A stretch of 64,000 bases of DNA, from the NCBI GenBank assembly GCA_013265495.1, contig MU058449.1, positions 1-64,000 of the forward strand. Direction: 5' to 3'. Every line of letters begins with the position of its first letter. Within the stretch, counting starts at the first letter, position 1. Shown here piece by piece: positions 24,243 to 37,572 of the stretch. Under the pieces are notes generated by a model. The model searched no databases and was not told the DNA's origin. It saw nothing but the letters and a program-made list of their open reading frames with translations. Both the position numbers and the translations under genes were made by a program. This stretch comes from Vicugna vicugna. Lineage: Eukaryota.

Positions 24243-25708
24243 TATGTGTATGTGTTTTACTGCTGCATAATAAATACTGACCAATTCCCTAATTAACACA
24301 CTTGTAGGGAAAAAATGCTTTTTTTTATCTGAGATAAACTGTGTTTGTTCAAACTGTTAAAATGAATATTTAAGTAGGGATTGATATCTAAGTAAATTAT
24401 AAGTAATGAAACTGTTTGTACTATTGTTGTGTGAACTAAATGTTAAAAGGCTTCTTTCAGGAATTACAATGAAAACACATCAGGATGGGTTTAAAAATAA
24501 TGAGCAATTGTCTGGTTTATACCTGAGCTGTGTCTTATAACTCTCTTTTTCCCTAATAATCAAAAATCTATTTTTCTGCATTGTTCATTAAAATGTTCTT
24601 GTAGTTACTGGGTTTCCAAATGTTGAGGAGTATTTCCTGTGAATTATAATCCATACCTAGCTGAATAATTGGCATGAGAAATATTTCCAATCTACTGTCT
24701 ATAAGCCAGTATAAATAGAGTTTTGAATATATTTGTTTAGCAGAAATTTCTTCATTTGAGTTTCAGATTTACTTTACTTGCCTCTTCAACATTTAGTCAA
24801 GAGTTGTTTATTAAATTCCTGATTCTCAGCTTTTTTGAGTTAAAATCCACAATAGATTTTGTTTTCACGAACACATGTCAAATATAGAAAACGTCATTTA
24901 GCACTCTAAGCTGTTTAACATTTCAAAAGAACTTGTCTCAGAGACATTGGACTTGAATATGGAGACTAATAATTAAATCTGACTCTAAACCATTGTTACC
25001 TATAATCTGTCTTTCATTGTAAATGCAGATTGTCACCCAGGAAACTTCTGTTTCCCAGTTAATAATATAGGATATTTGCCTTAGATACATCACTTTGGCA
25101 CAGTTCACATAAATATTGGCCCCATTTCCACCAGTAACATCCCCCCATCACACTGCAGACATTCAAACGTGGTACAGCTTTGTAAGGAGGTATTTAAAAG
25201 GAATGCGCAGTTAGCAAACATCCCAGGAGACTTGACATTCCTCTTATATCTCTCTCCAGGTAAGTTTGTCTCATAAACGTAATGACAAAATTCTGTAACC
25301 ACTGAGCCCTCAAACCTAACACCATGCTTACCACATTGTGGGTTTCAATAAATATTGCTGAGTGAATAATCAGCTATGTGTCTTATAAGCAAACAAAAAG
25401 CAAAGTTTGTAAGAAAAATACACTGTCACTAGAATTATATTCATTTCACCCCAAAATCACTATATTTTTTAAACCCAGGGTTGAGTAAAGGACAGTGACT
25501 AAATATTTGTGCTAAGAGGATTGGAAGTCAAAAAACACTTTAGGGAAGAATTTTCCTAATCAACATGAGTAACAGAAAATGATGAGAGATCGTGGTTGTC
25601 CAATAATCAGATCTATATTTTGGAATTCTATTGAGATGGGTTTGTCATCTAAACTTCTAATAGACTCTGCCACACACCAATGCTTTCGATGATTGATACA
25701 TGACTCCG

Positions 25709-25799
25709 AAAATGTATAGAAAGTTTATACTTTAAACTTATAGAAAGTTTATACTTTATACTTTCTATAAGTATAAAGTATAAACTTTCTATACATTTT
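25709..25799. repeat. AT-rich palindrome, 40-bp arms (1 mismatch), 11-nt loop
   Basis: 25709-25748 versus reverse complement of 25760-25799. Confidence 0.93.
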
Positions 25800-28700
25800 A
25801 GGATTTACTTTCCATTTGAAGATATCGGAGGCTTATGCAAATTTCAGTGAAATAGCAAATGTTTCCATGATGTCAGCTGACTCCTAGTTATTCATGTCCA
25901 AAACAAATTAATTAAATAATCACTTAACGGACAATATATCTACTTTACTTTCTTATAAATATTTGATCTACAAGTTTTCCATGGATAACAGAAGAAAAGG
26001 AAAAAAACACACTTATACTATAAATAGGAACACAAACCATGTATACTTAATTCTTGTATAGAAATCCATGGAACCAACTCTTGGTTTCTGACATTCCTGT
26101 AGAGTTACTGCTTGCTGAGCAGTCCTCCTCCTCCCCTGCAGAGGGTAATTCCTCAGCAGTGACTCCTGACTATTTGAGGTCAGGAAGATGATAATTCACA
26201 AAGTAATTGCTGACTGCATAAGCTGTTTGCTGATTCTATGAAACCTGAAAACATTTGGGTGCTTGTAGTCTACTCAGTTGTCTGGAAGGCATCTGGTTGC
26301 TTGTGCTAAATGTATAACCATCACCAAATAGACACTTATTAGAAAATCATACGAAATTATATAGGATCCTGAGTCCACACTATATCAGCCCATTTAGAAA
26401 ATGTATCCAGTTGATACTGGAATATTGGATAGTCTCCTGATGAGGAAATGACCTTGGAGATAATCCTAGCTATGGAGACAGACTCCCCGACCTTTGATCC
26501 TACTTATCATCCTGTAAAACAGTATCTGCGGGAAGAGCACTCTCATCTAACTGAATTGTTACCGCGCAGCAAAGTCGCCTTGTCCTAGCAGAGCAGATCA
26601 GGCCTGGAGACGGCTTCAGTGGGCTCAGGCTGGACCTCTTTGTGGAACTGAGAAAGTGGGGCGGATGGTGAGCCGTGTCCAGGGGCCCATTCATCACCCT
26701 CTTTACCACCCTCTCCTTTGTAAGGTTCTCCCACTCCTGGGACCACGTGGAAATTAATTCCACACATGTCCAAGCAATGTGGATTTTGTTTAGTTCTATA
26801 TGACATTTAGCCGTATAAACTTTTCTATGAGACTCTGTGAGGGCCTGAGTTCAGGGATCCTATCCTCCCATAACTCTTGTTCTAGTTCCTTCTCTGTCTT
26901 CTCTCTCCATTGACCACCCAGCACCAGCCCGGGAGGAAGACATATGCACCCACAACAAGATCAGACAAAAGAATCACCCTTTTCTGGTACAACACAGTAT
27001 CACAGAATCCACTATTTAATAGACGATTGCCTTTGTCATTTAACTTGTAAGGAATGGCCTTTATTACTCAGAGATTTTTTTTCTGGAAAATCTGAAAACA
27101 GCCTCTCACCAGCTTAGCTGAATCATGTTCAGTATTTCATTTTCTTAATTAGGGGCAGACCTAGTGCCCCCCCTCCCAAAAAGGTGTATAAGAGGTTTTT
27201 TTTTTTTTTCACTATGTCAAAATCCAGGTATTTTACCACTTTAAGAAGAAAAATGTTGAGTTCAAAGGAAACCTTGTTAAATAAAAAGAGGTGAAAGATC
27301 TACATATCATTGGCCTTCTTAGGACGGAGGCTGAGGTTGTGAATCTATTTTTAAGGCACCAGCCTCATAGGAGGAGATGAAACCTAAAAATGCTTTTTCC
27401 CTTATCCTCTGCACACAGGCAGCATTTCTAATTGATGATGGAGAACAAAGAGAAAAGAGTGGGGAGGGGGCGAGGCTCTTCAAGGAGGCTCCCACTCCCT
27501 GCTCCTTGTCCTCTCTGGTATCAATGTTAGGCCTGTGATGAAAAGGACATCTTCCTCCTGCTCCCTGGGGTGGGAATCAGTGAGTGTTCACCTCCTTTTC
27601 ATGTATAGCAGCTTCTCCAAGCCTTGTCTCTGCATCTGCAGAACCTTTTAAAATAACTCTCAAGGCAATATGGATTACTATTATTATTATTATTATTTAA
27701 TGTTGAAATAAAGAACCTTTTGTATGAATCAGAAGTCATTATTTACATTGATTGAAGACCACAGTCTGACTCTGGATCACTAAATATCCCAATTATTTTC
27801 CATTTTAAATCATGCTAAGTTATGTTATTCAATCCTGCCCCTAAGATAATTCATTTAATGGAATATATTTTGAGCCTCTTACTGTGTTTATGGACACTTT
27901 TGGAAACTTGAATTTTAAATACTTACAATATCTCCATTCAAAAATAATTCCCTTTCTCTACCACCTAACCCTTCAACCCTAGAGCTTTGTATGGAGTGAA
28001 AAACTCAAGGTAAGTGTATGATCTGCAGCTATGAAGCCTCTGGCCCCGAGTCCCTGGTGAGTAGGTAAGTCTCCACAGGGCATCTCCTTTAATGCATTCT
28101 AGATGTATGCCCAACTTAGTCTTCGAGCAGTAAAATGAGGACAAGGGATTTTGTGTCATAGCTTACCTCCCAGCTATCAAGGAAAGAGTATGCAAAAATA
28201 ATTAACTTAAGAGAATATCCAAAAAATTATTTTCTAGTGTATAAATCATAAATGCTCTACTCTGACAATTCCCAGCCTTTCTGAGCTAGAAATTCTGGAA
28301 GGACATAATTTTTGTCATCTCTATTTCATCAAGTATAGAAAAAAATTAAAACCCCAAGAAGGGAAGAAAAAGGTAAATCATATACTTAGCACAATGAAAT
28401 AAGTCTATGGTTCAAATATCAAACATTATTTTCCTTGGGGAAGGAGTGATGGGCAGATAAAAGGAGAGAGGAATCTGGAGATTTTTCTACACATCAATCT
28501 CTTTCAGTTTTCCAGGGTCATATTCGTTCATACATCTTATTGTAAGTCTGGCATCAAATTTCACTTTGTGAAGTTAAAACACTCATGAATGTTTGAGAAT
28601 GACGATGGTAGTGGAAGCAAGGACAGCAGTTGTAATGTTAATAGTGATGTTGATTAGATGGAGAGGCAGGATTTGTAGTGGTTGGGTACAAATAGTAGAG

Positions 28701-29183
28701 ACAGATTAGTATTGAATCTTCCCTGGATCACAGATTATCTGTGTTCCTGTGAACAGTTTACTGAACTATGTATACTTCATAAGATTGTTATGAACATTAA
28801 GTGAAATAATGCAAAACATTCAGGACAGAACTCAGTACTTTTAGAAACCCAATAGTATAATAATTACTGTTGTACTAGTAACTTTTATTATAATAGAAAA
28901 TGATTCCTAGCTTAGATTAATCCCCTTTGTAAGGTTTTGTCTGGTCACTCAATTTCCTCTAAAAGTTATCTTTCTATAAATGCCACTGTTTCCTGAATGG
29001 ACTGATCACTTGTTTTGTGCTATAAGTTTTGCAGCTCCATTCCTGATCTTTTACTTTTCTCTCAGTATAAAAAGTCTATCTTATTCATTATGATGATATG
29101 ATGATGATAATGATGATGAAAATGACCCCATGGATGACAGCCTATGGCTACAGTAACCATCAGATTATAAGCCAAATGTGAAG

Positions 29184-30122
29184 TCACATTTTGATGCGGT
29201 GAAACATGCGGACAATGGCTCGGCGGATCTCCTTGGTCTTGGCGCTATAAATGAGAGGGTTGAGCACAGGAGGTACAAAGAGGTAGACATTGGACAAGAG
29301 GACATGTATGTAGCGTGGGGCATTTTTCCCAAAGCGGTGCACTGTGGAGACCCCGATCATTGGCACATAAAATGCAAGTACAGCCAAGATATGTGACACA
29401 CACGTGTTGAGAGCTTTGAGGCGTTCTTCACGGGAAGCGATGGCCATGACTGAGCGCAGAATGAGCACATAGGAGAGGAAGATACATAAGAGGTCCATGC
29501 CAAAGGTGGATATGAGAACAAAGAGTCCATAGATGCTGTTGATAGTGATATCAGCACAGGCCAGCTTCATCATGTCCGGGTGAAGGCAGTAAGAGTGGGA
29601 AAGGACATTGGATCTGCAGATAGGCAGCCTCTTAAAGAGAAAGGGAAGGGGAAAGAGGGTGACGAAGCTCCGAGCAATCACCACTAAACCCATTCCAGCA
29701 ATGACTTCGTTGGTGAGCACAGTCGCATAGCGCAAGGGGTCACAAATGGCCACGTAGCGGTCAAAGCTCATGGCCAGCAGAATGCCTGACTCCATCATGG
29801 AGAAGGAATGGATGAGAAACATCTGGATGAGACAGGCATGGAAATCAATGTTGCGGGCATTGAGGCAGAAGGTCCTGAGCACGGTAGGCAGTGTGGCCAT
29901 GGACATGGCCACATCACTGAAGGACAGCAGGGACAGGAAGTAGTACATGGGCTCGTGCAGGCTGGGCTCCACTCGCACCGCCTGCAGGATCACTGCGTTG
30001 CCCCCGAGAGCCACGGCGTACATCACACAGAGGGGACCGGCTAGCCAGATCTGAGAACTCTCCAGACCGGGAATGCCAGTCAGGAGGAAGAAAGCAGGGT
30101 GAGTGACGTTGAACAATCCCAT
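29184..30122 (-). CDS. OR51I2: Olfactory receptor 51I2, 312 aa, intact
   Basis: N-terminus MGLFNVTHPAFFLLTGIPGLE and whole protein closely resemble human OR51I2 as recalled; divergent from OR51I1 as in the human cluster. Confidence 0.95.
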   Translation of the reverse strand: MGLFNVTHPAFFLLTGIPGLESSQIWLAGPLCVMYAVALGGNAVILQAVRVEPSLHEPMYYFLSLLSFSDVAMSMATLPTVLRTFCLNARNIDFHACLIQMFLIHSFSMMESGILLAMSFDRYVAICDPLRYATVLTNEVIAGMGLVVIARSFVTLFPLPFLFKRLPICRSNVLSHSYCLHPDMMKLACADITINSIYGLFVLISTFGMDLLCIFLSYVLILRSVMAIASREERLKALNTCVSHILAVLAFYVPMIGVSTVHRFGKNAPRYIHVLLSNVYLFVPPVLNPLIYSAKTKEIRRAIVRMFHRIKM

Positions 30123-31750
30123 GACAAGAGAAAGCCAGAGAGCTTTTCAGGGTCAGACCTTCTGACTGAGAGATTTGTGAGAATTGCACTTACTGGAGGA
30201 GAGGGAACCAGGGAGTAAAAGACACAGCAGGAGGTGTCTACACAGTTTGAGCTGATGCACTCGTGAAATCACTGGTTCGGGGACGCTGCAGGCAAACTTC
30301 TTTTCTTCATGTTTTATGGTCATCAAGGCATGGGCTGGGCTATTGTTTTCTGGAATATTTTGTGGCCTGGGCTCTGTTTTATGGAAAAAGGAAGATATTG
30401 ATAGATGCTTAAACATATCAGTCACCAACAAAAAACTTTAACGATATTGTCCACAATTTTAACTGTTTTAAAAGCATCATTGAATGGAAATATGTTAACT
30501 ACAAATCGGAGATCGTTTTTATAAAAGAACACTGAGGATTTGAGTCATCAGTAACTGTTGGAAGTATTTAAATTTTTCCCTGAAAATGTTTTATTCTGAC
30601 ACTTCACTGATTAATAAACACTCACCAGAGTGAGTTTCAATGATGATGTGTGTTTGCTCAGGAAGAGGATGGGGCAGTGGGACGCTGAGAAAACTGACAG
30701 CCTCTGGACACCAGCCTTTCATTGGCAGAGTTGTTGCATGAAAGCAAAAAAGAAACCACTTATTTGTGCAAAGGCACAAAGCTGTTTCTGTTTTTGGAAA
30801 AATATATGAATACTCCTCTAAATCCGCTCTAGGTACACTGACAGTCTGCCTGTCTAAACACTTCAGTTTTTTAATTTACATTTTTTATTAAAGTATATTG
30901 TTAATATAAGGACCATAGTTTTTATCTTTGTCACAGTTATCAACATTTAAAAATGCTTATCTATGTATGATTCATCTGAAGTTTATGACAAGCTGATTTC
31001 TTCTACTCTTTTAATCTCCTGAGGGACTTTTACATACTATTTCTCAGAAATCGTAAGATGAGAACAAAGTTAGACCATGTGAGCTGGCATTGCTGTTCGT
31101 CTGAGTCATGGCATTGGTAGAGATGACTTTGCCTCTGGATTGTTAAAAATTTTTCTTGTACTCAGAGTCCTTCTTTCCTCTCTGAACTTGCAACAATGTT
31201 AGTGAGTCAGAGAAACATGGATCCCAAGGAAGCTGACTCTGGAAAGGGGGCAATCTAGAGAATACAGTGAATTACCCAGAGTCACACAATCAGATAGTGT
31301 CATGGCAAGAACCACGAGTCCACGGAACTTCCCACCTGCTCTGCCCACTCAGCTCAGATGCTTCTATCTGATAACCACCACTCAGTCTCTCCCTCTGCAC
31401 CTCACCCTGCCCCTTCCCCAGTTTAACCCTTTCTTGAGGCAGGCTTCAGGACAGTCTGCTAGCTCACCCCGACTGGGTTTCAGAACTCACCAGAAGACAG
31501 ACAGACGAGAGACACCCGCAGAACTACACTTCCTTCTCTCTGCTTGCAACAGTGTGTTCACACTTCCCACTATTATGTTTCATTCTAAGCCCCTGGAGAG
31601 AGAGCAAAGAGTGATGCTGACTTCATGTGTGAAAACACAGCAGGAAGGCTCTAGTCTCCTGAGGTTTTCCATGACTACTGAGAATAAAGCACATACTCTT
31701 AGCTGAAAAAGAACTCAGCAACCTGCCAGAGCAATTCTCTACCCAATGCA

Positions 31751-31770
31751 AGACACCATCTGGTGGCCGC
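31751..31770 (-). promoter_or_regulatory. Candidate CTCF motif
   Basis: Minus strand GCGGCCACCAGATGGTGTCT versus core consensus CCASYAGRKGGCRS. Confidence 0.5.
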
Positions 31771-34700
31771 TGGGCAGGCATGTAAGAGAGGAGCTCGTTA
31801 CCTTCTAAGCAATCCCAGCATTTTGTCATCTGTTCACCTAGTATGACAAATAAGGGATAATGAGAAAATAAGTTTACTTTTCTTACTCCTTTAAATGTAC
31901 GGAAAGGATTAGTTCTTTCCTTACCCTTGGATGAGAACTCAGTTCCCTATGGTTCTGGTCACATTCAGAAAATAAAACATCCTCTGGTGACTATTAGACT
32001 GCTCAGCCTCTTGGGACAGTCACCCTTTCCAGGGTTCAGAGGCACAGCCTTTCGTCTTCTCCCATCCTTCACTGGCTAAGCATGTTCTCTGGCTCCTCCT
32101 CCCCCGAGAAGCCACAAGGGCAAGGGGAAGATTCATAGTTGATTATGGTTCAGTTAGCTGCTGTCATGTGTCCCAGGCATGTTAAGTGTTTAGAGCTGAC
32201 TCTTTCTTTCATTGGGTGCTTTCCTTGATGAATGAAGAGCTTTCTCCCCATCTTTTCCTTCTCCACTTGGGTTAAACTAATATATGGTTGCCTTTGATTC
32301 CATCCACAAGCCAGGCCCCCTTTGTAAAACCATACATTCTTCTGGCCGAGATCTCAGACAACAGCACGCTGTAACATGTAGCCCACCCAGGAAATGGTTG
32401 CAACAAATGCCCTACCGCAAAACAGGACTAGGCTCCCATTCAGTCCTGCTATGAGAACAGCAAGGGAGCTTTTATCGCTCTATCCAGATTTTCAGGCACA
32501 TGTAAGGAGCCAGTCTGCTATGCCTCGCTTTCCTCAAATCTCAGGGGACATTTCATCTCATTTTCTCATCTCCTCCTCCCATGGCTCTCTTCTTTCACCC
32601 TTCTTTTCTCTGTGTTCTCTTCCACTTGTCCCTCTTTATCTTCTTTCACAGCAACAGTTATGGTAGAAGTGATTCTTTTCGCTTGACATCATCAAACTGT
32701 GTGCTTTAGCTAATGCTGTTCCTTATCTCCTTATCTCCTTCACTGCAGAAAACAAAGCAAAGCAAAGCAATAATGAAAAAAATAAAAGAAAACAAAACTC
32801 TGATTCTACATTGCCCAAGTCACTGGACTCCTCTGATTATTCAATCAATATAGAGAGAAGTTTTTTAAGTGCCAAGGCACCGTGCAAAGCATTGGCAAGC
32901 CTAAGAACATGACAATATGTTCTTAGTTTTAATCTTATTTTCTTCATCCCTCTTTTCACTCTGAAATTGCCTCATTACTTGTCTGTTGCCTGTCATCTCC
33001 ACTATACGATAGAGACCAGACAAACGGGCCTGGACTGTTTTGTTCACGGGAGTATCTGCATTATTTTAAATATTGTAGGACATGAGCTAGACGCTCAATA
33101 AGCATCTGCTGAATAAATGAACTTATGACCCCTGTTCTTTTTGGTGAAAGCATTGTGAATGTACCTCTTGTTTAACATCTCTGAAGTTTTAGCGTCTTTG
33201 CGATTCAAATATTTCTGATCATTTGCATCATAAATGCTTTGGCATTCCCACAGTATTTTTTACTTTCCTGAGAAACTTCCACATTGATTGTGGTAGATTC
33301 ACTTGTATTTCCAACCGTACCGTGCATTCTCCCATAGAAGGATCGCACTGTTCTTGACCAGGCCCTAGAATAGTGCTTGGGATGTGATACTTGGTGACTG
33401 TCTGTTGAATTTATACGTGTTAATTGTAATCCAACCCAGGAACTAAAAACTATGACCTAGTTATGGTCCAGTCAGAATATAAGAACCACACTGATTCCTT
33501 TAATTGAGAAAAGTTAATGTAAAAAAGTTTTAACCAAGCATTAGAGAATGCACAAGACAAAAAGAGGGTATGATGTCATTATTAGAGGTAGGAACTTCAG
33601 GAAGCAGCTTCTAACCATAGGACTAGAAAAACAAAGTCAGAGGTTTGGAATGACTAATTCTTAGAAGCTTGAAGAAAGATGAAACCCGTGCCAGAGACTT
33701 CTTTAAGCAGGAGAGTGCAGTGAGTAACATAAGCTCTGTCTACCAGTGTTTCTTAACTGCTGAACCCATCTGGAAGCTAGCTGATATTAGAGTTTGGGAT
33801 ATTCTTTAAGTAATAATTGGACTCCTGTGATGTGGACAAGAGCCACAGAAAAGTGAGAAGTGGATCTCAAGGTAAACAGGCCATTTCTTGGTATAGAGCG
33901 TAATATATCCATTCACCTCAGTCTTACTATACCACTAGAACTGTAAGAGACAAGATCTTTCATGGACTTTCATATTCATAGCTAGCGCCATGGAATGTGT
34001 CAACTCACTGTAGTCTGCGAAAAATCGTGGTATTGAACTTCTCATGTTCTGAGAAGTAGAGTTTGTGTTGTATAAAATGATCTTCTCTCTCAAAAGTTAG
34101 ACAAGCCAGATTTCTCTGGGGACGACTTCAAAATTGGCACACAATTTAGAACCTACTTATATCCCTAAAACTGTACCCACTCAAGTAGAAGGGAGGATAC
34201 TTTCTTCATGACATTGTTCACTTCTGCCATGCAAGCAGTTATCTCACTCTGTTATTATTGGCTCTGAGTGGTTCTGGAGCCTCCACTGGAGAGACAGCAG
34301 TCTGGGGGAGGAACCAGATGCCCCTAGGATGGAGCTCAGACATGGCATGGAGTGTCAGTTCGTTAAACATTAGTGGTTGACCTTGGGACAAAACAAGTTG
34401 CAGCTGAGAAATTGGATTTTGTCTTTAATCATGTGAAAATATATCAAAAATGCCAAGTACATAAAATTTGGCCCATAACTTATACAAATACTGATTTATA
34501 CAGAAGATGTTCAGGGTTGGTTTAAACTGGGACTTGAGATCATTAATGTTAGGTTGAATTTCATTGCAGCTGAACGTGGTGTATGCCTTCAGAAGAATGG
34601 TCTATGGCTTGCTCCTTCTGTAGTTTTTTTTTTTTTTATTTCAAAAAATTTCCCAACATTTTATCAGGAAGAATTATAACATGGAAAATCTAAAATAATT

Positions 34701-35799
34701 TTACAGTGAACATCAGTATACCCACCACCTATATTATATCAATAATATTTTGCTTGTTTTGTCATGTATCTGCCCACAGAGCCATTCCTTCAACCACTCA
34801 TCAGTCAATTGATTTTATTGTGCATTTCAGAATAAATTGTCACATCAATACACTTCCTCCTAAATGTTTCAACCTTCATATAATTAATTGAAGTTTAATA
34901 TTTTGTATAGTTCTTTGGGTTCTTTCAAGCATACAGTGCACAGATCTTACATGCACATCAGGTAAGTTCTGACAAATTTTTTGGTTTGGTTATGAAATAT
35001 GGTTTTGGTTTATGACATATTTCTAGGTACTGTCTGGAGGCCTGTTTGCCTCTGAGTAGCATCTGGACTGTTGAGTGGATCAGCTTTTCAATATTTATCT
35101 TCTTTGCAAGAATCAGTGCTGTGTCTATATTGCTCTGCATAATTTCAGTGCTGACAATAATACCTGGAGCAAAACAGCGCTCAAAATGCATTTTTCACTT
35201 TTTTTTTTGTCTGGTCTTAGTTGAACTGAACTAAGTTTGTAATTTTTAGGCCTCATCCAGTGATGGGGTAAAAGGAATGTTTGCATAAGATGCATGTTGA
35301 ATGGATGTTGATATGCAGTTGAAGTAAATGCAAAGCACTTCAATTCATATATAGATCTGTAAAGAGACGTGGCAGTATGAACTTGTTGGACATTTTGTTG
35401 ATCTGTTCATGAGAATGTGGGTGTTTGTTTGAAACACTATGTAGTTTTAGATATGTGAGAAGGGGAGTAAATTTGAAACACATTTGATTATTTCTTTGAT
35501 TATGTGTATGGGTCTCTACTTATTTCTCAAATTGTGTCTCTAATCTGCATGAGTTTCTTATCATTAATGTAAGATGCAGCATGTATGTTTCCAGATATGT
35601 GACTAAAGCATTGGGCAGGTGTATGAAAATATTCAGGTTTATCTGTACGTGTATGGATCTAAAAGAGGCAATGTGAATGTTGATAAATAAATAGCTGAAT
35701 GTGCTTATGGGTGTGTCTGCGGGGGTCTCAGAATTTCCGTGGTATGAATCTTTGTCTGCATTCACGGGATTGCATTCCTTGACTAAGGAAGGATTAACG

Positions 35800-36060
35800 C
35801 AGTAATGGAGACAGATGGTGACATCAGCAACAATGGGGCTGAGAGGGAGAGTCCCCTGGGAGTAATTCTCTGGTGGCCAGCTCCTTTCTCATTGATACCA
35901 CCCTCCCTATTATCTTCCCTCTCCCTCCTCTGACCACAACAAACAAGCCTAGGGATCTGATAAATTTATGAGTCATAGGAAGCTGAGCTGATGCCACTCT
36001 GCCCGCGGGACCCACGGACCAGTACATCCAGCCACAGGGAAAAGAAACGTCTGCCACCCA
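35800..36060 (+). promoter_or_regulatory. Candidate OR51I1 promoter and non-coding exon 1
   Basis: TAATGG ~35803; O/E site abutting a homeodomain core TCCCCTGGGAGTAATT (35852-35867); ataaa ~35960; donor |GTGAGT at 36061. Confidence 0.55.
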
Positions 36061-36549
36061 GTGAGTGCCACCTCCTTCACATCATTCATGGGGCTCCTAG
36101 ACAGAACTTACCTCAAACTTTAGCACTCTTACTGCTACTCCAGGCAGACTCTCTCACCATTCTCCTCCAAATAGGAGCCAAATTTTTTCCTTTCGAAAGC
36201 CTATCACAGAACCTGATGCCAGTTTCCCTTCTTAGAATCAAAATCCTACTACCCAACCACACACGTTTAGATTAAGGGGCTGAGTCATCATGTCTACATT
36301 TTATCTTGAGGGTATCCTATACATTTTTCTGTTGCAATTTGAATTATTGCCTCCTATACCTAACTCTTGGGTGTGCAGCTGTAAACAAACAAACCAAAAA
36401 AAAAAAAACACAGACCCAAAAGTATTGAAGTCATTCAACAATGTGACCTGAGCTTCAATCTTAGCTGGATTTTCAATACTGAGTATGCCGTGGGGACGTA
36501 ACTGATGGGGATATTACTGTGAGTCTGTTAGTGCTGATGTGTTTATGGC

Positions 36550-36551
<2 letters not shown>

Positions 36552-36589
<38 letters not shown>
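36552..36589. repeat. (TG)n microsatellite
   Basis: Direct inspection. Confidence 0.9.
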
Positions 36590-37572
36590 CACTTATAAGT
36601 ACATGTTCAGGTGGGTATAAGAATGGGAAGATATCTGAAATATATCATGTAAAACCAATGAGTACTATCTGTCTTCTAAAATTCCGTGGTTGTGCTAGTG
36701 TTACGTGTGACCAGAGGAGCATGCAATCGTTTCTGTTCTGTATGATGTGAGATAATGCCTTTGAATACCCGAGAGTGTAAGTGTGTACAGGCATGTAAAA
36801 CAATGTATGTGTTGGTACCCTTGTGTGACCATGTGTGCGTGTGTATGCCCATATGCTTTCTGTGCAAAAGAAATGCATTGCTTGCGTTTGTTCCCATTTT
36901 CTTGATGTTTATCCCTAGATTAGACACATTTAGGAAAACTTAACTGACACCCTTTCAGTCAAAAGAAATTTTGAAAAAGGGTATTTGGGTGGTGACAGAG
37001 CATGTTCTCCTTGGGGCAGATATTTTCAAAGTCGCTTTCTGTACTGAGGAAAATTTGAAACATTGACGATCTCTGCCCTTCTGGATTACCTACATTTGCG
37101 CACCAGTGGTTCAGGACAGCGGGTAAAACTGTCTTGTAGAATCCTTAGTGTCTGTTGGTGCTCAGAAAAGTCTTTCCATTTCTTTAGGACCAAGAAATAG
37201 TCTTGGAGTGACAATGATATCAAAAAAAGTAGACACAAGACAGGCTGTATGCAAGACTTCTCGGAGGCATCAACTTTAAATCTGGGTGGGCAGGAAGAGA
37301 GACGTTTACAGGGGAAGTAAGGAAAAGAAACCCTACTTATTAAATGCTTCTTTTGAATTCTCAGTTGGAAGGGAGAGAAATCAAAAGAATAGAATTCCTA
37401 CTCACAGCCCATATATTTTCAGGATTATTACGGATAACAGGTCATTCTCTAGCCTCTAGTCACCATCTCCTTTCACTGAATTTACCAAGAGGGCTGGGAA
37501 GAGGAATATGAAAGTTACTATGCCTGTATTTCAGAATAGAGCTTTATTTTATTTTCTTAATTTTAAATACAG

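Larger units (their letters stand above)
22357..29418 (-). repeat. Right arm of large inverted segmental duplication
   Basis: Reverse complement of 1-7053, with arm-specific insertions. Confidence 0.96.
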
